DNA of 64,000 bases from an uncultured Myxococcales bacterium (GTDB taxonomy: Bacteria > Myxococcota_A > Bradymonadia > UBA7976 > UBA1532), in contig CAINDO010000548.1 in NCBI GenBank assembly GCA_903847385.1, forward strand, positions 9,918 to 73,917, in the 5' to 3' direction. The notes under the pieces are model-generated. The model was not told the DNA's origin, did not search any database, and saw nothing but the letters and a program-made list of their open reading frames with translations. Positions 27,605-36,885 of the stretch are shown here, in pieces (the first letter of the stretch is position 1; every line of letters begins with the position of its first letter). The position numbers were made by a program, and so were the translations under genes.

Positions 27605-29941
27605 TCAGCGGGCGCAGCGCACGCCGTGATCCCGGTCGTTCACGCCGATCTCGATGCGGCGTGCCGCGCGGACGTCCCGCCAACTGTCGTCCGTCGAGTT
27701 CCCGCCGCGGGCCGTCCGACGGTCGCAGTTGGGCGTATCGGCGACGGGATCCACGTCGGGCCCGTCTCCATAGAACGACTCGTCGTAGCAGTCGAAGGTG
27801 ACCTCCGAGACGTTTCCGGCCAGGTCCTGCACGCCGTAGACCGAGTTGCCCGCGGGGTCGGTCGCGGGCACGGGCGCGGTGCGGCCCTCGTCGCAGGCCA
27901 GCATCCAGGCGTGCTCGCAGTCCGGCGCCGGAGCGGCGCCCCATGGGTAGGACAGCGCGTCGTCGTCGCCCACGCAGTCGGCGCTGCCGTGGGTCTCGCA
28001 CCCGCCCCGGGCGGCCTTCTCCCACTCGGCCTCCGTGGGCAGGCGCTTGCCCATCTGGATGCAGTAGTTGTTGCCCTCGCTCCAGGACAGGCAGTTGATC
28101 GGGTGGTCGTCGCGGCCCGGAGTGCCCCAGTTGCAGCCGTCGCCGTCGGACGGCTCCGGGCACCGGCCGGAGTTCACGCAGGCGCGGTACTGGGCCACGG
28201 TGACCTCGTGCCGGTCGATCTCGTAGTCCGCCAGCGTGATGCGCCGCACCGGGCGCTCGGCGGCCGGCTGATTGTCCGAGGTCGCGCCGCGGTAGAACGG
28301 GCCCGCCGCGACGCGCACCATCGGCGCGGCGTCCACCAGGGTGTCCGGGCCGGTGATCCGCAGGGTGAAATCGCCGGCGTCGTCACCGCCCCAGCCGTCC
28401 ACCACGATGTAGACGAGCTCGCCGATGCCCAACCGGGCGGAGAGGATGCTGGTGTGGTCGTTGCCTCCGACGTCGTCGTGGCAGGCGAACTCGGCGTCGG
28501 CGTCCAGGCAGTTGTGTCGCAGCGACAGCATGGTGTCGAAGGCCGTGTCCGTGGTCCGGAACGTGTACACGCCCGCCGCGACGGGCACGAAGATGTACAC
28601 GGCCTCGGGGCCCGTGGCCTGCCCGCACCCGGCGCCCAGCGTGCTGTCCCCGGCGGTGCGCCCGACGACGGCCCCGACCGAGGCGACTTGCGGCCGGTTG
28701 CAGGCCGAGTCGGCGGCGGCGTTGGCCTGGACCTCGAGGGTGAAGTCGCCGCGATTCCCCGTGCCCTCGACGAGCACGAAGACCTCCTGGCCCTCGAGCA
28801 TGGCCATGGTCCGCGTCTCGTTCACCCCGCAGGAGACCTCGGCGGATGCCGGGTCGCAGAGGTTGCGCAGCGCGAGGCTGAAGTCGTTGGCGTGCTGCGT
28901 GACGCGGAACGCGTACACCCCGGCGCTCGGCGCCTGGAAGCGCGCGACGGCCTCGCCGCGATCGGCGGCGTTGCAGCTCGACAAGAACGTGTTGGTGTCG
29001 CCGAGGCTGCCGGCGGTCTGACCGACGGCGAGCTCCAGGGGCGACGCGCACAGCGCCGGAGACTCCATGCAGGGCCCGTAGTTCCCGAAGCGGCCCTGGA
29101 TGCAGGTCCGCGAGCGCATGCCCGCGCGGCCGCACGCCTCGCTCTGGGTCGCCCCGTCGACGCAGTCGTCCGGGTCGTCGCAGCGACCGAAGTCGCCCCA
29201 CTGCCCGCGGTCGCAGGTGCGCACCTGGGCGCCGCGGCCGTTGAGCCCGCAGGCCCGCATGTCCGTCGACCGGTCCACGCAGGTGTCCGGATCGACGCAG
29301 TCCTCGAAGGGGCCGAAGTGGCCGTCCACGCAAGTGTGGGCCTGCTCGCCGCGGCCGTTGAGCCCGCAACGCGCCGTCTCCCGGGTGCCGTCCTCGCAGG
29401 TCCGGTCGGGGTCATCGCAGGGGCCGAAGTCGCTCCACTGCCCGTGGACGCAGATCCGCTCGGCCGTCCCGCGACCCTGCAGCCCGCAGGCCTCGGTCTC
29501 GGCCGCGTCGTCGACGCAGACGTCCGGATCGGCGCACGCTCCGAACTCGCCCCAGACGCCGTCGCGGCAGGTGCGCTCGGTTCGGCCGCGGGCGTTGAGT
29601 CCGCAGTCCTCGGGCTCGGTGGCGCCATCGACACACGTGGGGCCGGCGTCCGGCCCGGGCCCGGGGCCGGCGTCCGCGACGGGCATCACGCCGCCGCCCA
29701 TGGGATCGCCGCCGGTCGGTGTCCCGCCCGTCGAAGCGCCCCCCGAGGCGCCGCCCGCCGCCGTCCCACCGGACACCGTGCCGCCCGTGGCGCCGCCGCC
29801 CGCGTCCGCCCCCCCGACGACTTCGGCGTCCGACGATTTGCCGCTCTGCGTGAGCGAAAGGTCGGGGTTGACGCCGGTGCAGGCGGACGTGCTGCCGAGG
29901 AGAAGGGCGGCGAGGGACCAGCGGAGCCCACGAGGCGTCAT
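27605..29941 (-). CDS. Lipoprotein: Gly-rich tether, five Cys-rich ~40-aa repeats, two PPC-like beta domains and a C-terminal FGE-sulfatase (SUMF1) domain
   Basis: ORF 27605..30007 trimmed to the ATG at 29941, which overlaps the prfC stop (ATGA). This gives MTPRGLRWSLAALLLGSTSAC (lipobox). FGE pattern: HEVTVAQYRACV, INCLSWSEGNNYC, RLPTEAEWEKAARGG, ARGGNS. Confidence 0.85.
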   Translation of the reverse strand: MTPRGLRWSLAALLLGSTSACTGVNPDLSLTQSGKSSDAEVVGGADAGGGATGGTVSGGTAAGGASGGASTGGTPTGGDPMGGGVMPVADAGPGPGPDAGPTCVDGATEPEDCGLNARGRTERTCRDGVWGEFGACADPDVCVDDAAETEACGLQGRGTAERICVHGQWSDFGPCDDPDRTCEDGTRETARCGLNGRGEQAHTCVDGHFGPFEDCVDPDTCVDRSTDMRACGLNGRGAQVRTCDRGQWGDFGRCDDPDDCVDGATQSEACGRAGMRSRTCIQGRFGNYGPCMESPALCASPLELAVGQTAGSLGDTNTFLSSCNAADRGEAVARFQAPSAGVYAFRVTQHANDFSLALRNLCDPASAEVSCGVNETRTMAMLEGQEVFVLVEGTGNRGDFTLEVQANAAADSACNRPQVASVGAVVGRTAGDSTLGAGCGQATGPEAVYIFVPVAAGVYTFRTTDTAFDTMLSLRHNCLDADAEFACHDDVGGNDHTSILSARLGIGELVYIVVDGWGGDDAGDFTLRITGPDTLVDAAPMVRVAAGPFYRGATSDNQPAAERPVRRITLADYEIDRHEVTVAQYRACVNSGRCPEPSDGDGCNWGTPGRDDHPINCLSWSEGNNYCIQMGKRLPTEAEWEKAARGGCETHGSADCVGDDDALSYPWGAAPAPDCEHAWMLACDEGRTAPVPATDPAGNSVYGVQDLAGNVSEVTFDCYDESFYGDGPDVDPVADTPNCDRRTARGGNSTDDSWRDVRAARRIEIGVNDRDHGVRCAR
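29069..29635 (-). repeat. Five tandem protein-level repeats C-x-D-x(6-7)-CG-x2-GRG-x3-R-x-C-x2-G-x-[WF]-G-x-F-G-x-C
   Basis: They span residues 103-291 of the 27605..29941 product. Examples are TCVDGATEPEDCGLNARGRTERTCRDGVWGEFGAC and TCVDRSTDMRACGLNGRGAQVRTCDRGQWGDFGRC. Confidence 0.85.
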
Positions 29942-31518
29942 TGAATCTCCATCGTCTTCAGGAACCGGATCTTGGGGTTCTGACTGGCGGCGTAGTTCAT
30001 GGCCCACTCGGTGTTGGCGATGAACGTGACGTTGTCCGCGAGGTCGCGATAGATGCGGTCGCGGTTGGTCTTCACGAACTTGTCCAGGGCCTCGGCGTCG
30101 TCGGAGAAGAGCCAGCGCGCCGCCTGGTAGGGCACCTGCTCGAAGATGGCCCGCACGTTGTATTCGCTGGCCAGGCGCGACTGGATCACGTCGAACTGCA
30201 GGCTGCCCAGGGCGCCCAGGATGTAGTCCTGGCCGTCCATGGGGCGGAAGAGCTGGGCGGCGCCCTCCTCCGCGAGCTGCTCCAGTCCCTTGACCAGGGA
30301 CTTGGACTTCAGGGGATCCAGCAGCCGCGCGCGCCGGAAGAGCTCGGGCGCGAACGATTGGATGCCGGTGAACTTGAGGTCCTCGCCCTCGGTGAAGGTG
30401 TCGCCGACCCGGATGGAGCCATGGTTGTGGATGCCGATGATGTCACCGGGGAACGCCTGCTCGGTCACCGTCCGGTCGCGGGCCAGGAAAGTGGTGGCGT
30501 TGTTGACGGCCATGTCGCGCCCCGTCCGCACGTGTTTCAGCTTCATCCCGCGGTTGTATTCACCGGAGACGATGCGAATAAAAGCCATGCGGTCGCGGTG
30601 CGACGGGTCCAGGTTCGCCTGAATCTTGAACACGAAGCCCGTGAAGGTGGGCTCCTCCGGTTCGACGTACCGCGTGGCCGTCGCGCGCACTTGCGGCGCC
30701 GGGGCGAACTGCACGAAGCAGTCGAGCAGCTCCTTCACGCCGAAGTTGTTGATGGCGCTGCCGAAGAACACCGGCGTCTGCTTGCCGCGACGATAGGCCT
30801 CGGGGTCGAAGGGCGGCGAGGCCCCCTCGAGCAGCTCGAGCTCGTTGCGCAGGCGTGCGGCGGCGTCCGGGCCGATCCAGTCCTCGAGCGCCGGGTCCTC
30901 GGGGGCGATGGCCACGACGTCGTTCTTCCGGCCCTTCGTGGCGTCCTGATAGAACACGACGGCGCGGTGGATGAGATCGTAGACGCCCTGGAAGTCCTTG
31001 CCCATGCCGATGGGCCAGGTCATCGGCGCGGTCTGGATGCCCAGCTGCTTCTCGATGGTGTCGAGCAGCTCGAAGGGGTCCATGGACTCGCGGTCGTACT
31101 TGTTGCAGTAAGTCATCACGGGCGTGTCGCGCATGCGGCACACCTCCATGAGGGCCAGGGTGCGCGCCTCGACGCCCTTCGCGGAGTCGAGCACCATCAG
31201 CGCGCTGTCGACGGCCGTGAGCACCCGGTAGGTGTCTTCGGAGAAGTCCTCGTGACCCGGTGTGTCGAGCAGGTTCACGGCGCAGCCCTGGTGCTCGAAG
31301 CTCATCACCGCCGTGCTCACGGAGATGCCGCGCTGCTTCTCGATCTCGATGAAGTCCGAGGCCGCATGGCGCCCCGCACGCCGGGCACGCACGGCGCCGG
31401 CCATCTGAATGGCTCCGCCGAAGAGCAGCAGCTTCTCCGTGATCGTGGTCTTGCCGGCGTCCGGGTGGCTGATGATGGCGAAGGTTCGCCGGCGGGCGAT
31501 TTCCTGGGTGTGTGACAT
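29938..31518 (-). CDS. prfC: Peptide chain release factor 3
   Basis: 526-aa ORF. The GTPase motifs AIISHPDAGKTT, DTPGHEDF and NKYD are present, and the sequence is RF3-typical throughout (e.g. WPIGMGKDFQGVYDL). Confidence 0.95.
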   Translation of the reverse strand: MSHTQEIARRRTFAIISHPDAGKTTITEKLLLFGGAIQMAGAVRARRAGRHAASDFIEIEKQRGISVSTAVMSFEHQGCAVNLLDTPGHEDFSEDTYRVLTAVDSALMVLDSAKGVEARTLALMEVCRMRDTPVMTYCNKYDRESMDPFELLDTIEKQLGIQTAPMTWPIGMGKDFQGVYDLIHRAVVFYQDATKGRKNDVVAIAPEDPALEDWIGPDAAARLRNELELLEGASPPFDPEAYRRGKQTPVFFGSAINNFGVKELLDCFVQFAPAPQVRATATRYVEPEEPTFTGFVFKIQANLDPSHRDRMAFIRIVSGEYNRGMKLKHVRTGRDMAVNNATTFLARDRTVTEQAFPGDIIGIHNHGSIRVGDTFTEGEDLKFTGIQSFAPELFRRARLLDPLKSKSLVKGLEQLAEEGAAQLFRPMDGQDYILGALGSLQFDVIQSRLASEYNVRAIFEQVPYQAARWLFSDDAEALDKFVKTNRDRIYRDLADNVTFIANTEWAMNYAASQNPKIRFLKTMEIQ

Positions 31519-31583
31519 GGCCGCGCGAGATACCGGTCGCGCGGGCGTTTTTCAAGGGTGGCCGCCCGATCCGGGGCCCAGCG

Positions 31584-32909
31584 TCACAGATCGTGGCGAA
31601 AAGAGATGCTGAAGCTGTGGATGCGCCCGCCCGCACGGTAGTCGCCCACGGGATCGCGGGCGCCGAGCGTCTTCTCCACGTCGAGCGTTTGCATCAGCGT
31701 CGCCTGATAGGCCACGTCCAGGTGGATCTGGTTCTCGCGGATCTCCAGGGGGTCGTGGAAGCTCACACCGGCGCCGACGGACAGCAGGTGGGCAGCGGCG
31801 TCGATGTAGTTGAACGCCTCCGTCGGCACGGGCGCAGGACTCGGCCGCCAGCTGTAGCCGGCGCGCACGACCAGGTTCTCCGAGGGCCGCTGCTCCAGTC
31901 CCAGGCGGGCCGTGAGGGTGTCGACGAAGCCGAGGTCCACGTGGGCGCCGTTCGTGACGTCGAGGCGCTCGCCGAGGCCCACGCCCTCGATGAGCTCGCC
32001 GCCGACGTCGATCTCGAAGCGGGGCGAGGGGTCCGGCGCCAGGGACCACATCGCATAGCTCAGCTCACCGCTGACGAGCAGGTCGAGCGCGGCGAAGTGC
32101 CAGGCGCCGCCCAGGTTCAGCACGTGCGGGCTGTAGAGCACCGTGCCGCCGATGTTCAGGTCCAGGTCGACCAATTCGGCGATGAACAGACGCGTCGGCA
32201 GTTGATACTCCAACGCCAGCGCGCCGCGCCACGAGGCGCCGAGCCGCAGGGACTCCGTCGGGTGCGAGAACACACCCAGCGTCGGCGCCGCCACCGGGGT
32301 GACCTCGACGTTGACGCTCCGCTGAGCGACCGTCCGATTGGCCAGGTCGATGTGCAGGTCGATCGCGCCGTCGAGCCCGGCCAGGACCTGCACGCCGGCA
32401 CCCAGGCTCAGCCAGGGCCCGAACTCGAACGCGCCGGCGGCCAGAATGTCGTATTTGTCCGGTAGGTTCTGGTACAGATAGAACTGCGGCACCTGGGAGT
32501 CGATGCCCTCGGCGCGCAGCAGGTTCAGCGTGGGCAGGTAGGCCGTCACGCCGACGGCGACGCGGTTCTCGATGAGCCCGCCCAGGGGAAACAGCACGCC
32601 GAGGTTGAACCCGGAGAAGGCCGGCGGGCGCTCGTCGGGCACCGTCGACCGACTCGATTCGCGGTCGATGAACAGATGGGGGAACGTGGCGATGAACCCC
32701 GCGCCGACGCTGGTCTGTTTCTTCTGCGTCATCGCCGCGGGGTTGTAGAACGCGGCCGTGTAGTCATCGGCGACGGCGGTTTGCGCGTTGCCCATGGCCG
32801 TGCCGCGCGGGTTCAGCCCGTAGATGTCCAGGACGCTGGCGGACGCGGGGGCTGCGCCGAGGAGCGCCACCGCTGCGGCCGACCGGAGACTCAGGGCGCG
32901 GGGCGTCAC
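31584..32909 (-). CDS. Outer-membrane transport protein, FadL/OMPP1/Toluene_X-like
   Basis: ORF 31584..34010 trimmed to the GTG at 32909, which overlaps the upstream stop (GTGA). This gives (M)TPRALSLRSAAAVALLGAAPASA. Other features are the start GTAMGNAQTAVADDYTAAFYNPA, a beta-strand pattern throughout, and the ending ...FSISFRHDL. Confidence 0.7.
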   Translation of the reverse strand: MTPRALSLRSAAAVALLGAAPASASVLDIYGLNPRGTAMGNAQTAVADDYTAAFYNPAAMTQKKQTSVGAGFIATFPHLFIDRESSRSTVPDERPPAFSGFNLGVLFPLGGLIENRVAVGVTAYLPTLNLLRAEGIDSQVPQFYLYQNLPDKYDILAAGAFEFGPWLSLGAGVQVLAGLDGAIDLHIDLANRTVAQRSVNVEVTPVAAPTLGVFSHPTESLRLGASWRGALALEYQLPTRLFIAELVDLDLNIGGTVLYSPHVLNLGGAWHFAALDLLVSGELSYAMWSLAPDPSPRFEIDVGGELIEGVGLGERLDVTNGAHVDLGFVDTLTARLGLEQRPSENLVVRAGYSWRPSPAPVPTEAFNYIDAAAHLLSVGAGVSFHDPLEIRENQIHLDVAYQATLMQTLDVEKTLGARDPVGDYRAGGRIHSFSISFRHDL

Positions 32910-34090
32910 AGGTCGCCCCCCGGCGTCGTCGGCGGGCAGCTCGAGAGCAGGGCGTCCACCAGGCGCAGGGCCTCGTTCCACGCGCCCACATCCAGCAACA
33001 GCCGCAGCTCCGGCAACACTTCGGCCGCGACGACCGGGTCGAGCACGGTCGTGAGCAGGCGGGTCACGGCCTGTCGCACGTCCGGGTCGGCGCCGAGCGT
33101 GCGCACCACGCCCACCAGCGGCGCGAGCCGGTCCGTGAGCGCCCGGTCGGCCAGGAGCCCGAGCGCGGCGTCCAGCGTGTCCGGGCGTTGCAGAAACACA
33201 TCGTAGGCGAGATACACGAACACCGGCGGCGCGACACGGGGCGTGCTCTGCGAGGTCGCGTCGGGGCAGGCGGGCAGCCCGTACAGGTCGCAGCACAGCA
33301 GGTCGCGCACCGGCGGAAACACCGTCCCCATGGGCGAGAGCAGCGCGATGGCGCCCTCGACGACGGTCGAGGCCGGCGGCTCGGAAAGGAGGTCCGTCAG
33401 ACCGCCGACGGTGTCCACCAGGCTGCGGATGCTCTGGCCCGGGTCCGCCCCCGGCCGAATCAGCGCCGCCTGCAGATTGCACAGGAACGTTGCCAGGTGC
33501 TCGCGGTTCAACGCGCCGGCCTCGCTCAGCAGGGCGCGGATCTCCGGCTGTGCCAGCGTCGCGCGCAGCGGCTCGGCCAGCGCCAGGACCTCCGGGCCGC
33601 TCAGCACGGCGTCCAGCGTGGCGTACAGCGGCCCCGCGGCGCAGTGCTGCACCAGGGCGCTCAGCTCGCCGAGCAGGGCGGCGTCCACGCCCCCGCCGGG
33701 GCCGTTCGTGGCCGCGTAGTCCAGAAGTCCGGACAGCAGCTCCAGGGCGGGCGCCAGGCGTTCGCTCGCCAGCAGGTCCAGCAGCGCGCCGAGCTGGTCT
33801 CCGGGCAGCGCGCGCACCACCCGCAGGGCAGCGTCCAGGACGGCCGTGAGCTGCGACTGATCGAGCGTCTCGCCGAGCAGGCGTCGAACGGCGGGCAGCC
33901 GGCCCTCCCGCAGGAGCGCCGTCAGCCGGGGCGCGAGGTCGTCCACGCCGGGGCACGGGCGGCCGATGTCCGCAGGCGTCGGCGCCGCGGCGTCCTCGTC
34001 TGCGCCGCAACCGGCCAGCAACGCACCGAGCGCGAACACACCCCGAATCAGGGGAGGGGCCCGGCGAGGCCCCGGCGCTCGGTCAGTCAC
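32906..34090 (-). CDS. Leu/Ala-rich helical lipoprotein, function unknown, no heme motif
   Basis: The GTG at 34090 overlaps the upstream gene by 8 nt. The lipobox is in RGVFALGALLAGC. There is no CXXCH motif, and the composition suggests an all-alpha repeat fold. Confidence 0.65.
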   Translation of the reverse strand: MTDRAPGPRRAPPLIRGVFALGALLAGCGADEDAAAPTPADIGRPCPGVDDLAPRLTALLREGRLPAVRRLLGETLDQSQLTAVLDAALRVVRALPGDQLGALLDLLASERLAPALELLSGLLDYAATNGPGGGVDAALLGELSALVQHCAAGPLYATLDAVLSGPEVLALAEPLRATLAQPEIRALLSEAGALNREHLATFLCNLQAALIRPGADPGQSIRSLVDTVGGLTDLLSEPPASTVVEGAIALLSPMGTVFPPVRDLLCCDLYGLPACPDATSQSTPRVAPPVFVYLAYDVFLQRPDTLDAALGLLADRALTDRLAPLVGVVRTLGADPDVRQAVTRLLTTVLDPVVAAEVLPELRLLLDVGAWNEALRLVDALLSSCPPTTPGGDL

Positions 34091-35330
34091 ACTCGGCGGC
34101 CAGCGCGGCCATGTCGGTGTGGCACTTGCGGCAGGCGCGGTCGTTGACCTTCAAAATGCGGCCGCAGACCCGCTCGAACCCGCCGGGGTGCGGGCTGGTG
34201 GAAGACGAGCCACCCCGGGCGAGCGTGGCGTGACAGCGCAGGCAGTCGTTCTCCTCGTGGCAGCCCACGCACTGGCGCAGGTTGCGCCGCGCCTCGTACA
34301 TGTGATGGTCCGGCGAGGTGACGTCCCCCTTGAACGTGGCCGAGTGGAAGTTCGCCAGGCCGCCCGCGTTGGCGGCGTCCCGGAAGCCGAGGCCCGTGTT
34401 CACGGCCGCCGTCACGCCGCTGCGCAGGTGGCAGTCGCGGCAGAAGGTCTGCAGGCGGTGGCACTTGCTGCACTGCGGATCGTCGCGCCGCGCCTCGGGC
34501 GGATGCGTCAGGATGTAGTCCGCGGCGTGGATCGTCAGCGGCTTGACGTGCCCCGTGTGACACTTGCTGCACTCGGATTCGGTGTGGCAGTTCTTGCAGT
34601 AGGCCACGTCGGCCTTGGCCGCCGGGCCGTGGCTGCGGGCGAAGTCGCCGCGGTGGTCGTCGTTGCGGAACAGACCGCGCGGCGTGAGCTTGCCGCCGGG
34701 CAGGGCAGTGACGAGCACGCCGTCCGGCCGCGCCGTGTGGCACGTGGCGCACGTCGCCGGCGCGGTCTTGCCGTCGTGGCAGGCCAGGCAGTCGTCCATC
34801 ATCGGCATGTGTTCCAGCGTGGCCAGACCGGCCTGGGCCACGCCCTTGTGGCAGGCGTCGCAGGCCGCGCCGCGCGTCAGGTGGGCCTGATGGCTGAACA
34901 CGATGGACGCCGTGGGGATCTCCACCGCGGGCGGGTGGGGCGAGGCCTTGGCGGTCTCGTCCAGCGGCGTGTCCGGGGGGAACGTCGGCGAATAGCCCGG
35001 GTGGCACGTGGCGCAGGCCGCGGGCGGGCTGGCCTTCTCCGGCGACGCCTCGGTCACGTCGTGGCAGTCGAAGCAGGTGCGCTCGGGGGGCAGGTTGCGG
35101 TCCGAGGGCCGCGTGCTCTTGGCGACGTCGTGGCACTCGTCGCACTGCATCTTGGCCTTGCCCAGGTGGAGCGCATGATCGAAGGCGAGCGGGATCGTCT
35201 GGTCGCCGAAGATGGCGGCCAGGGGCCCACGTTGGGTGTGCTGGGCCGCGGCCGGCGCGGCCGTCAGGACCAGGGCGAGGCCGAGCAGCAGCCAGGAGAG
35301 GCCGGCGGGAACGGAGGCACGACGCATCAT
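34083..35330 (-). CDS. Periplasmic multiheme c-type cytochrome (13 CXXCH motifs)
   Basis: ORF 34083..35465 trimmed to the ATG at 35330, which shares 1 nt with the upstream stop. This gives the signal peptide MMRRASVPAGLSWLLLGLALVLTAAPAAA with no lipobox. CXXCH sites counted: CDECH, CFDCH, CATCH, CDACH, CLACH, CATCH, CKNCH, CSKCH, CSKCH, CRDCH, CVGCH, CLRCH, CRKCH. Confidence 0.9.
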   Translation of the reverse strand: MMRRASVPAGLSWLLLGLALVLTAAPAAAQHTQRGPLAAIFGDQTIPLAFDHALHLGKAKMQCDECHDVAKSTRPSDRNLPPERTCFDCHDVTEASPEKASPPAACATCHPGYSPTFPPDTPLDETAKASPHPPAVEIPTASIVFSHQAHLTRGAACDACHKGVAQAGLATLEHMPMMDDCLACHDGKTAPATCATCHTARPDGVLVTALPGGKLTPRGLFRNDDHRGDFARSHGPAAKADVAYCKNCHTESECSKCHTGHVKPLTIHAADYILTHPPEARRDDPQCSKCHRLQTFCRDCHLRSGVTAAVNTGLGFRDAANAGGLANFHSATFKGDVTSPDHHMYEARRNLRQCVGCHEENDCLRCHATLARGGSSSTSPHPGGFERVCGRILKVNDRACRKCHTDMAALAAECD

Positions 35331-36745
35331 CAAAGCCAGTCCTCCAGGCTCACCTGGGCGAAGATTCGACCACGAAACGGCGTGAACTTGCTGGCGTGGC
35401 CCTCGCCGAGCAGCTCGAGGTTCACGGACTCCGACGCCCGCCAGGAGGTCCCGACGACGGCCCACCCGGAGACGCCGCCCAGGTTGGCCTGCTGCTCGTC
35501 GTCGAAGTGGACCGCGCCGAGCCGACCGCTGAGCCGGAGCGGCTCGACGCCGGGCGTGAGGCCCACGGGCATGCGCCCGAAGACGTCGCCGTAGATGCGC
35601 TGCCCGCCGTAGCCCAGGCCGGCGCGGCCCTCGGCGCCCACGCTGGCGTCGTCCACCACGGCGCCGACCAGGCGCTCGGCCCGCAGGCCGGCGTCGTAGG
35701 CGCGTTTGCTCGTGTCGAAGCCGGTCGCGCCGTCGTGCAGGTCGCCGCCGGAGAACTGCCGCACGCCGCCGTCCAGCGAGAAGCGCCAGAGGTCGGGATC
35801 GAAGCGCAGCCGGCCGGTGAAGTCGTTGTAGGCCTCGATGGAGAACGCGTTCCAGATGCTGTCGGCGCTGAAGGTCGGGTTCTCCCGCCGCCAGGCGAGC
35901 TCGGTGCGCCAGGCGTCCAGGAAACTCCAGCCCAGTCCGGCGTGGACCGAGCCCATGCGTCGATAGATGACGTCGTAGCGGGCGCCGGTCGTGATCGAGA
36001 AGCCGGGGACCAGCGTCAACTCGAGGCCGCCGCCGGCCTCCTCGCGCTGCAGATGCGAGGTGTCTTCGAACTGGCGGCGATAGGCGCCCCGGAACGAGAC
36101 CCAGTCGGCCACGGCCGTCTCCAGGGCGCCGCCGACCAGGAAGGCCGGCACGTCCGGCAGCGTGGTGCCGTCCGGCGAGTAGATGTCCGGGCCCAGGTTC
36201 GACCAGCCGCTGCGCACCGCCAGACCGCCCGTGGTCTCGAGCACGACGAAGGGGACACGCACCCGGAGCGTGGCGCCGTCGACGGCGTCCAGGCCGACCT
36301 CGTCCACCAGCAGATGCCGGCCGACCCGTGCCTGCAGCTCGAAGTCGCGCGTGTTCACGAACCGGCCCTCGAAGTATGCGTAGTGCAGCTCGAAGGCGGC
36401 GCGGCGCGTATCGCCCAGCACCTGCTTCTGCGCGTCCCGCTCGGCGTCGGTGCGGCCGAAGTCGGCGCCGACGTCCAGATCGGCGACGAACCGGTAGCGG
36501 TCCGTCTCCGTGCCGTCGTCCTCGATGTCGAAGACCCCCAGTCGCAGGCGCGGGCGGACGTCCAGGCGCTCGACGGGCTCGGGTCGCGTGCCGCGCCAGC
36601 GGTCGGCGGTCAACTGCGTGTCGGCGCCGACGAAGTAGTCGGCGGCGAGGGGAGCGCCTGGCATCGCGAGCAGCGTCCAGCCCGCGAGGCGGGCGGCGCG
36701 GCGGAGGCGAAGGCGAGGGGCGACGGCCGATTCCGGGAGGTCCAT
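35330..36745 (-). CDS. Predicted outer-membrane beta-barrel protein (family not recognised)
   Basis: 471-aa ORF and first gene of the operon. The N-terminus RLRRAARLAGWTLLAMPGAPLAADY is signal-like. The product is Gly/Arg/Asp/aromatic-rich with an alternating strand pattern and ends ...RIFAQVSLEDWL. Confidence 0.6.
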   Translation of the reverse strand: MDLPESAVAPRLRLRRAARLAGWTLLAMPGAPLAADYFVGADTQLTADRWRGTRPEPVERLDVRPRLRLGVFDIEDDGTETDRYRFVADLDVGADFGRTDAERDAQKQVLGDTRRAAFELHYAYFEGRFVNTRDFELQARVGRHLLVDEVGLDAVDGATLRVRVPFVVLETTGGLAVRSGWSNLGPDIYSPDGTTLPDVPAFLVGGALETAVADWVSFRGAYRRQFEDTSHLQREEAGGGLELTLVPGFSITTGARYDVIYRRMGSVHAGLGWSFLDAWRTELAWRRENPTFSADSIWNAFSIEAYNDFTGRLRFDPDLWRFSLDGGVRQFSGGDLHDGATGFDTSKRAYDAGLRAERLVGAVVDDASVGAEGRAGLGYGGQRIYGDVFGRMPVGLTPGVEPLRLSGRLGAVHFDDEQQANLGGVSGWAVVGTSWRASESVNLELLGEGHASKFTPFRGRIFAQVSLEDWL

Positions 36746-36885
36746 GGCGGCGGAGTCTAACAGCGCCGCCGCCGCGGTACTACGCCGAGATGAACGCCTC
36801 GCTCCGCAAAAGGGTTCCGACTGTCTGCAAAAATTTCATACCCCCGGTGAGGGGGTGAGCCCCCGCGCGGCCCACTGCGGCGTAG

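Noticed and set aside
29938-31518. Programmed frameshift in a release-factor gene
   Set aside because: This is prfC (RF3, a GTPase), not prfB. The ORF is uninterrupted over 526 codons.
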